Assembly (NCBI GenBank): GCA_964016885.1
Contig: OZ024740.1
Span: 194,370,001 to 194,434,000, forward strand
From: Eledone cirrhosa
Taxonomy: Eukaryota
Direction of reading: 5' to 3'
Length of the DNA stretch: 64,000 nucleotides
Part shown: in pieces, positions 52,565 to 64,000 of the stretch
Numbering within the stretch: the first letter of the stretch is position 1
How the letters are laid out: the number at the start of each line of letters is the position of its first letter
Made by a program: the position numbers and the translations under genes
Notes under the pieces: generated by a model
What the model saw: the letters and a program-made list of their open reading frames with translations, nothing else
Told to the model about the DNA's origin: nothing
Databases searched by the model: none

Positions 52565-54182
52565 ACACATATCTTGGATAATTTTCTTTAGCCTATTTAT
52601 TTCACTACCCATACTAGAGCAACCAGCATATCCTTGCCTGCTTAATTTGCTAAACGGTATTACGCAGTCGTTAAAATGGTCGAGAAATATATTTGTTATT
52701 GTTTTTCTTTTTCTTCATTTGCTTGAGCAGCTGTCTAGGTAATGGACACAAATAGAACTGTGTTATCGGCAGTTAGGAACCAAAACAGACTTCTTTCTGG
52801 TTAACTGCAAACATTGACCTGATTTCGTATGGACAATAATTGTTCGAATTCATAGTAACAACCACGTGGCAGTGTTCAAGTACTTGCAAATACTTTCCTA
52901 AAATCAGATCAAACTCAGATTTTTATTGAAAGAAAAACTGGGTTTTTCTACAACTTATGATCCACACAAGGTTACAGTCGTTTTATCTACCCGAAAATAA
53001 TTACGTCAAGTTGTGAGCTTTAGGTCGTTCCTTTTTTTAATACGGTGGTGGTATGAAGTATCCAATTTTTTTGGCATAGTCGATGTTTTTACATTTGATT
53101 GGTAAAAACTTTTATACTGTGAATTATGTTGATTTTGTTATAAAAATTATTTACTATAGCGCTTAGATATTACAAATAATGTCTGTGATGTCGCATATCA
53201 ACAGCATGCTTTTCTAACTAGTTCACAGCGCAAACTGCATAAATCATGAGAAGATGGCCACCGACGACTAAAATCTAGAAATGTATTGCATTAGAAAATT
53301 AAACTCAAATATTATTTAATATATTAAGTCGTTTTATCTATGAATTAAAAAAGTTTTTAAAAATCATTATATGGGAAACATTAAGAAACAATTCCGCTAA
53401 AGATGTAATCGTACTAATATCCATTTTCAACTTTAAATATAATTAGTTTTTATCCATAATATGAAACTGCTTTAAAAGTCATTTTTCATTTGCTGAACTA
53501 AGCAGTTTTGGTGAAATACGAGTGAAATATGAGCATGAGTATATTTAGAATATACTTATATATACTCATATATGTCTAAACTCACGTTTCTTTCTAACAA
53601 ACACTATGGAGATAACATAGGCATACATAACTTTCAATATCATTTTACTTTACTGTATCAAATACTTTACTTTATCAAATAGTATATTATTATACACACT
53701 ATATTTTAGTAAAACTTTTTTAAGAACAGCAGAAAGTTCGGTGCGCTAGTTGATGTCATAACAGGTTTTGGGGGTCTCAATATCTACGATGAAGGTGTGC
53801 TGGTAGTGTAAGCCGTAAGACCATAGATACGAGGGTCGGCTACAACGTACACAGGCAGACCAAGATACTCTCATGGAATGACCAAATTAGGTTTATTTTT
53901 CAAGTCTTTAGAAGGAAACAATCTAGTTATTAAGAAGAAGATTTGGAATCAATACGCGCAAGATTTCAGAGCTTTATCATTAATTCTTCATAAACGCCCT
54001 ATGAACTTTTCAGCCGATTCTCATATATAGCTTGATATAGAACAAATTATAAATTATACGTCATTGACAATCTAATTGTAACCATAATTTCCTATTCAGT
54101 GACATTGCTCCAAGTAAATATACTTTCATTATACATTGCTACCAGGATAATATTAGTATTTTTATAACTTTATTATAAGTAC

Positions 54183-54681
54183 AGGAGTGGTGGATTGGCA
54201 GTAACAGTAGAGAGTCGGACACCATGCTTTCCAGCATGGTTACGTCCCTTTACGGTCTGAGTTCAAATCCCGCCGAGGTTAACTTTGCCTTTCATCCTTA
54301 CGGGGTCGATAAAATAAAGTACCAGTAATGTACTGGGTAATTGCTGGACTTGTGCTAAAAGTAGAAACAATTATTATAAGTACAGTAACGAACTGGGGTC
54401 GATTTAATCGACTTTTCTCTCCCTTAAAATTGTTGGCCTTGAGCCTAAATCAGAAACCATTTTTATAATTACAGTAGGGCAGTGGATCGGTAATATCCGT
54501 AGAGCATCAGACAAATGCTTTGCGGCATATAGTTACGTCTATTTCCATTCTGAGTTCAAATCCCACCGCGGTTTTGCCTTTCATCCTTACGGGATAAAAT
54601 AATGTACCAGTAACGCACTGGGTCGATTTAACCGATTTTCCTCAAAAATTGCGGGTTTTGAATTAAAGTAGAAACAATTAT
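54183..54681 (+). mobile_element. Cluster of Deu/Nin-like SINEs (54183-54375, older remnant 54378-54465, 54476-54681)
   Basis: Repeated gagttcaaatccc...tttgcctttcatccttacggg...agtagaaacaattat; duplication ttattataagtacag around the first copy. Confidence 0.85.
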
Positions 54682-55034
54682 TTACAGGTCCATCGAATTT
54701 CATGATCTCTCCCCAACTAGTTAAAGTTTGTGTATTGGGCTAACCGTAAATATTAAGTTTACAATGGTTCACGTTTATTACAGTACTTTTCAACCAAGAC
54801 TTGCCTACACTGCCTCATGTACACTAACAGCGTGTGCATTCATCATGTATATGTGTATGTCTGTATGTCTACGTTCAATTTTCCTTCCATGTAAGTTTCC
54901 ACAAATATATATAGGTGTATATATATATATATATATATCTGTGTGTCTGTGTGTGTGTATATGTATGGGCGTGTGTATAATGAATACATGCATAACACAC
55001 GCGCATGCACGTGCCTGTATTTGCGTGTACTGCA

Positions 55035-55107
<73 letters not shown>

Positions 55108-55439
55108 TCTTGTTTTTATGATTGCTTCTTCCTTATTGTAAACAATGTTTTTTCTTTGGACTGCAATGACTTTTTTTCTATAAAGAAAATGTATTATTAG
55201 CAGGAAATGAGAAAGTTGCCACGAACAGCTGTCTTGTTTTCACCGATAAATGTAATGAGCGAATCGTATTTGCTTTGCTGTAATGCGTGAGTGAAGGGTT
55301 CAAAATTGTAAAATATGAAATCTGTTATTTTCATTTCCCTTGGAATTGTTTTCTTCTCTTCCCTATATATTTTATTCATTTTAGTATTATTTGTGCTGTT
55401 TCCTTTTTTAATTTATTTTTTATTTACCTTCGTATTATA

Positions 55440-55640
55440 TTCCATAATGTTTCGTTTCGTTTTCATTTTACAATATTTTTACACTTTAGGTAGCGTTCTA
55501 TGTTGTTTTGTTTAATTTTCATTTTACAACAGTTTTACACTTTAGTTTATGTTCCATGATGTTTCGTTTCGTTTTCATTTTAGAATAATTTTACACTTTA
55601 GGTTATGTTCCGTGTTATTTCGTTTCATTTTCATTTTACG
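55440..55640. repeat. Minisatellite, unit about 56 bp, about 3.5 copies
   Basis: gttcc.tg.t.tttcgttt..ttttcatttta.aa...ttttacactttag is repeated. Confidence 0.8.
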
Positions 55641-56735
55641 ATGCTTTCAAACTTAGAAACATGAACGGTGGATAATGAATGCCTTGCCTAAATACACTGT
55701 TGTATTATGCCTGTTGGTAACTTGTAATTAATACTAATGATATGTATCAAAACTGTATTGCTTCTCGTTTATTATATTTTTGTTTATCCATTGGTCAAGC
55801 CTGATCGAGTTGGTGATATGCCATGTTCCCGTAACTCTTAATGCAGTCGTAGAAACTTCGTAACAACATACGGCGTCTTTGGAGCATTTTAAGCCTGGCA
55901 GAGACCATCCCTCTCCAGGTTTGAATATAGCAAATGTCTTCCAGAGAAGGATAGAGATTGAGAGAATGAAAGTGACAAAGAATTATGTAGGGAGAATCAA
56001 CCCAGACTGGTACTTTTTTATTGAACTCGAAAAGATGACACGTCGATTCTAAGGCATTTTTAAACTTGACGGAGCCTATCTCTCTCTCTAGGTATGAATA
56101 CAACAGAAAAGAATAGTGAATGAAAGAATGGTAATGAGAAAGATATATAGAGGAAGAATCAACAAATATATGAAGAGGCAAATCACACATCTTTTACCAT
56201 CGAATGACACGGACTCGCACCGATATATTTTATTTAACAGGTTTTAAAATTTCATCGTTTATTTTCTACAAGATGGTGACTACTGTGAGATTAAGCAGAC
56301 ATGGGGAACGAACCAGCTCCCTACGTGATGTCCAACGTGATAGATATAGATATGTTTGAAATAGACCAACATAGTACAGACTTTCGGAGAAAATAATGTT
56401 TTTCATCATATTTCCGATAATCCGTTTTTTCGCATCTAGTAGGGCAGTGAACAGCGAATAACTTATATTTTTCAGGATATGAAAACTTACGTTCATGACA
56501 TGGATGGTTTTGTGGTTTATCTAAAATAATACTTAACTGAGATGAATATAAGTGTAATTAATGACAGAAGAGTCATCCATCATCCACTTTTCTAAAAAAA
56601 CAAATCATACACAAAACGCCAGCACCAACAGTTTTTCAAGAGATATCAACATGAAAGAACCAATTATTTTTATCTGAAGACATTTTTTCCAATTCCATTT
56701 CGCTCGTCCCCTTAATCTATTTTATTTCTCATTTT

Positions 56736-56772
56736 TCCTCTGATGAAGGATTAGCGTCCGAAACGTTAAGAT
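56736..56772 (+). ncRNA. Minimal hammerhead-like motif
   Basis: ct-CUGAUGA-agga(ttagcg)tcc-GAAA-cgt-UA-ag; helix I is weak. Confidence 0.45.
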
Positions 56773-56874
56773 CCTCTTCCTGCTATATAAAGCATTAACC
56801 TAATATATATCTTCCATATACTGTAGCGATTGTGTTGTTATTTCTGTTTACCTTTTACATACATATATATCCAC

Positions 56875-57236
56875 TAAGATGGTGGATGGGTGCTACACGA
56901 GAATGCTGAGGATGGCTCTGAACATTAATCAGTATACACTGAGGATGAAAAACTCAGAGCTGTATGGGAGCCTCCCAAACGTCAGCTCAAAAGTGACACA
57001 GAGGAGACTGAGGTTAGCTGGACATGCTCACCGACATCCATAATTGACATTGCACTCAGTGCTCCTGTGGGAGCCCCTACATTGACACACTGGAAGAGTA
57101 AGACCAAGGTTAACGTATGTTGATGCCGTAAGGACAGACACTGGTCTGTTGGAGACGCAGGACATGGCAGCGATAATGAGGGACAGAGACCGCTGGAGAG
57201 AACTCGTCCATGGATCTCGGGAATTTTACCCGCCCT

Positions 57237-57238
<2 letters not shown>
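56875..57238 (+). mobile_element. RTE-clade LINE 3' remnant
   Basis: VDGCYTRMLRMALNI...ELYGSLPNVSSKVTQRRLRLAGHAHRHP...VLLWEP; 3' end shared with 16699-16825. Confidence 0.8.
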
Positions 57239-57269
<31 letters not shown>

Positions 57270-57531
57270 TGGGGGGATTCTGTGTACGTGTGTGTGTTTA
57301 TGCGTGTATGCATATATGTATGTATGTATGTATGCATGTATGTCGTTATAAATAGTGTTTTCCTTAATGAATGTATGGTTTGTAACCATTTCAAACCTAG
57401 ATCTAGTGGTTGATGGGAATATTTGTCTGCACATGGATAATTTTGTTCTCTGAATCTATCGTAAAAGAATGGATTAATGAACTACTTCTCCTTCTTTTAT
57501 TCTTTCATTATAAACACTATATATATTTATT

Positions 57532-57694
<163 letters not shown>

Positions 57695-57743
57695 ATATAC
57701 ATATACATATACATATATCTATATATACATATACATATATCTA

Positions 57744-57796
<53 letters not shown>

Positions 57797-57803
<7 letters not shown>

Positions 57804-60800
57804 ATTAATAAATGGAAACTATATTTATAAAACCATATTTATTTCATTATATATATTTCAAGGATACCAAGTTAAATCATGGTATGCCTTCATCAGACAA
57901 AATACAATATATAACAGTTTTACAAATAGATATTGACGTACCCTTTCAAAAAGGTGACCGTTGTTTTTGGAGGCCATCCGGATAGTGGTTTGTTTACTTT
58001 AGTAAGTCATAGTGTTAAGAGTAAGTAAAAAGATGGAGAGATAGAGAGAAACGTGGAGAAAAAGAAAGGGAAAGATAGATAAAGAAAAAGAAGAAAGCAA
58101 AAAGAAAAGAGAACAGAGGAAAAATAACGGGGAGATATCAAAACATCAGACAGAGAAAGAACTCAAGAGAGAGATATGTAGAGATAGAGAGAGGGGGAGA
58201 GAACGAAAACCTTAAGTTATGTCATATTAAGTTGAGTTAACAATTGTGATGAAATGAATAAATAAAATTAGAAATATTAATATTCGTGAATGGAATATAG
58301 ATATATAATATGAGAAATTACACATTGTTTAATTATGATTATATATTTAGTTAAAAAATTGAGATCAATATATTAAAAATTGGAATTTAAACATTATAAA
58401 AAATTGGAATTTAAACATTATAAAATATATATATTGCTAGAGAGATTATCTATCGTATATTACATATACATAGGCAAAGGTACATAAATATACATATATA
58501 TTCACTCACTTAGAAAATACACATGATATCTACTCCCGCACCTAATGTATACATACAAAGCATAAGTGATTTTTTTAATTTATTGCTATACACTCCTTGT
58601 GTTATTAATTAAAAAAATTTAGTATATATATATAAATATATAGGATTAACTTTTCTGCATTTATGGCTGTTAAATTATGCATATCTGCAATCAAAAGCTG
58701 CATGTGTAAGCCTGTACACTCACACCCATAATTATTAGCTATACATGAATAGATATGTGTGTGCATCTTCAATTGGTATACACGCGTCACTCATGCATAT
58801 ATACAGACAGAAATATAATCACAAAAAAAAACATATAACACATGTATATGTATGTCAACACGCACATATAGATACATAAGCCGTATATAGACATAAGTAT
58901 ACATCAATGTATAACATAGTACAATTGAGTATATAAAATACAAAAGGATTATATTTTGGAAATATAATTATATCAATATAACTTAAAAGGCAAACGAATT
59001 CTACAAACATCAAAATACTAAAATATCCCAAAATATTATAGATTATTTCAAGTTAAAATAATATGTTTAATATATTTAGCATAGAAATTTATCTTACATA
59101 TATTTTAATCAAGACATTGAAAGGACAAACTTTTGAAAATTATGAGAACCTATCAGAATAAAAACAAATCTAATAAAAAATAAAAAATAAAAAATAGAAA
59201 ATAAAATGAATCTAATACAAAAAATGAATCTATTAAAAAATAAATAAAATGAATCTAATAAAAAATAAAAATAAAATATTATAACTTAAAAAAAAAAAAC
59301 AAGTATTCTACAGATATCACTATATTAAAAAATATTAAAAATTATTTAAAAATTCAAAAAAATTTTTTTTAAATTAAAAAATTTAAAAAAAAGTAAAAAA
59401 AATTTTTAAAAATCCCTAAAAAATTCTTTAAAAAAAAATCTTTCAAAAAAATTTCAAAAAATCTCAAAAAATTTAAAATTTTAAAATATAGAATATTTGA
59501 AGCTAAAATAATATGTTTAGTATAGAAATTTATCTTACGTATATTTTATTCAAGATATTGAAAGGATAAACTTTTCTAGAATAGTTTATTATATTTATGA
59601 TTATATTTATGAAGAAAATTTATACTTCGGTACTTAACCAAAGAAAATGAAAAAGGTAAAGGAATCTAATGATTTATCGGCAGGTTTCGTATATTAACTA
59701 ACTTATTTAATTAATTAAACTACATTTTAAATTTATATTTATATTTAAACGTTGAGTTCAATCTATGTCTGCAGCAACTGAATAAATTATTCCTTAAATT
59801 AAGGGAATTTTTGGTCTTTAATATAAAAAATATTTCCTCTATCACAATTTTCAGAAGAGGAATTAAAAGGAGTAGCTTTTGAAATAATATTCCAAATCAG
59901 CGAATATTCAACATTATCTCGTTTTAGGTCCCATAATAAGCTAGATAGCGAAGTTGAAGATTTTTTGTTTGGATCTGTAAAAGAATTTTTATGATTATTG
60001 AAGCGGGATTTAAATTCTGTAGAGGTAGAACCGACGTAGTTAAATGAATTTAAATTAGTTTTAACATTACAATTATAAACTACATTTTTAGCTAAGCAGT
60101 TGTTATTTAACGGAGAGTTTGATTTATTTCTACAGTTACAGTTATTCGATTGAATATTGCTTGGGTTATTATTGGTATTTTGGTTAGGTTTTAAATTTCT
60201 ATTATTAATTCTATTAATATTTTGCGCTAAATTTTTGGTGGAAGAGTAAGTTAATTGTATAGTATGTCTATTAAAAATTGAGTAATATTTATGTGTTCTA
60301 GGGAATCGTTTGTCAAGAGCTTTAAAGAATAGTTTAGCAATAGGGGTTTTAATATTTAGTGAGAAAGGAGGAGCGAACCATAATATATTACTAGTTCTAT
60401 TTATTTTTCGGCTTTCGGAGTTATTGTAATATTTTCTATTATAGTTGTTGAAATTGTTACCATAATTAAAGTTGTTATTATTTTGGTTATTTTGTATATT
60501 ATTATTATTATCGATGTATTTAATTTTATATCTATACCCAGCTCTACCTAACGCTTCGTTGTAATAATGCGCTTTTTCATCAAATATATTCTTATTAGAT
60601 GAAATTCTTGAAATTCGTTCTTGAACCGAGTTCACTATAGTATTTTTAACGGATCTAGGGTGATTAGAGTTAAAATTGACATAATTTAAGTTCTCATTTA
60701 GATTGTGAAATGAATAATGAAGACATGTGTTTAGATTTAGTGTTACATCTAGAAAATTGACTATTTTATGGTTATTCTCTATTTCTACTTTTAGATTAAG

Positions 60801-61426
60801 GTAATTAAAAAATTGTATAATTTGTTTTCTTTTTCTATTTAGTTCACAGCTATTATTTTCTATAAGTAAAAGCATGTCGACACGATATAAGCCTCCGGTT
60901 ACCCCAGGTATTTTTCTATGTAGAGAATTAATTATAAAAAGGCCCACAAGGTCCGTTACCTGAGCTGAGTCTGAAGGTCCCATAGTTATGTCGAAATTAT
61001 TATTTCTATCTGCCCTAGTCCAGAGTTGGTTATTAAATTCTATTAATGTTTTCCGTGCCGATAATATAATGTGCATTTCATTGCTAGTTAGGTCTGTATG
61101 TTTAAATGCGTAAGTTAGTGCCTTATTCAGTAGATTAGGAGTGATAGATGAGTAGTAGTTTGCAATATCCAACTGAATAAACTCATTATTATAGTTATAT
61201 TTAATTTCTTTAAACCAATCGATAACCTCACTAGTCCCTTTCCATAATTTTAAGTAAGATAAATTAGGTAAATTTTTAATTTGTTGTATTATTCTATCTA
61301 GAATATTTTGCTAAGTCTGTCCAGGTCAGATTTAGATGGTGCAATTAATCTGACTAGTAAATCATTTTCAAAGTTTCTTTTATGATCCTTCATATTGATC
61401 TTAGGTTTCCTTGGCATGAGAACTTT

Positions 61427-61430
<4 letters not shown>
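57797..61430 (-). mobile_element. Long family B PLE (RT, GIY-YIG, about 2 kb AT-rich 3' UTR, terminal hammerhead)
   Basis: ORF plus a terminus closely matching the arms of the fold-backs at 7896 and 23712; (TA)n flanks. Confidence 0.92.
59750..61417 (-). pseudogene. PLE RT plus GIY-YIG, frameshifted, catalytic YRDD changed to YRVD
   Basis: KDHKRNF..VRLIAPSKSDL; LWKGTSEVIDWF..FIQLDIANYYSSI; FDITMGPSDSAQVTDLVG..GLYRVD; VNFLDVTLNL; NVVYNCNV..YVGSTSTEFKSRFNNH. Confidence 0.92.
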
Positions 61431-63494
<2,064 letters not shown>

Positions 63495-64000
63495 AAAATA
63501 TATACATGTCTGTCTGTGGTGTGTGTATGTGCATGTGTGTGTGTGTGTGTCTGTGTATGTGTGTAGTACAACATTTTCCAACAATGTGCTCTTTCCTAAT
63601 TTAAGACTGATTCTGTCTCTAGTCGCATTTCTCCGCATGTATATTTTCTATGTCATGATTGACTGAACTAACTGACAGTTGACTATGAATATATGACCTT
63701 GTGAATCACTTCATCGGGGTGCTTTCATTTGGTGGGGGTGCAATTCTTTTCTTACTTAAGGAAAGTTATAGAAGAGGACACATATTTTCGGTTAAATATT
63801 ATTTTAGTTGTTCCATTGTACTGCGGCCCTGTTGCATGTGTACTGATATATTATCCAGATGTGCCAACCTCTAAACACTCAAACGGAGAGTCCATGAAAA
63901 AAGGTACCCCAAAAAGGGGAGAACTTAGGCAAAATAGGAAGATTTTACATAATGAAAGCTATACCCATTTTCACGAGAGAAGACATCTCTCACGCACCCC

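Overview
AT-rich, microsatellite-dense eukaryotic (animal) DNA with no convincing intact host gene. The tRNA-derived SINEs and repeat landscape suggest a mollusc, most likely an octopod cephalopod (inference only). The window is dominated by Penelope-like retroelements (PLEs; RT plus C-terminal GIY-YIG) of at least 10 diverged families, almost all inserted in (TA)n tracts. It also holds an R4/Dong-type RLE LINE, RTE LINE 3' fragments, two SINE families, a non-autonomous Helitron and a degenerate tRNA-Leu(AAG). The most striking pattern is architectural. Most PLE insertions consist of two inverted arms that both end at the element's 3' terminus facing outward into (TA)n. One arm usually carries an extra 30-130 nt tail, and in several unrelated families the tail begins with a conserved (A/G)CUC...GAG(U/C) stem. 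Most termini contain a type I hammerhead ribozyme motif, including U3-A8 and U4 core variants and palindromic helix III. Two non-coding ribozyme-motif units (320 and about 517 bp) occur as tandem or circularly permuted copies resembling retrozymes/circRNAs. All structures were read by eye and boundaries are approximate.
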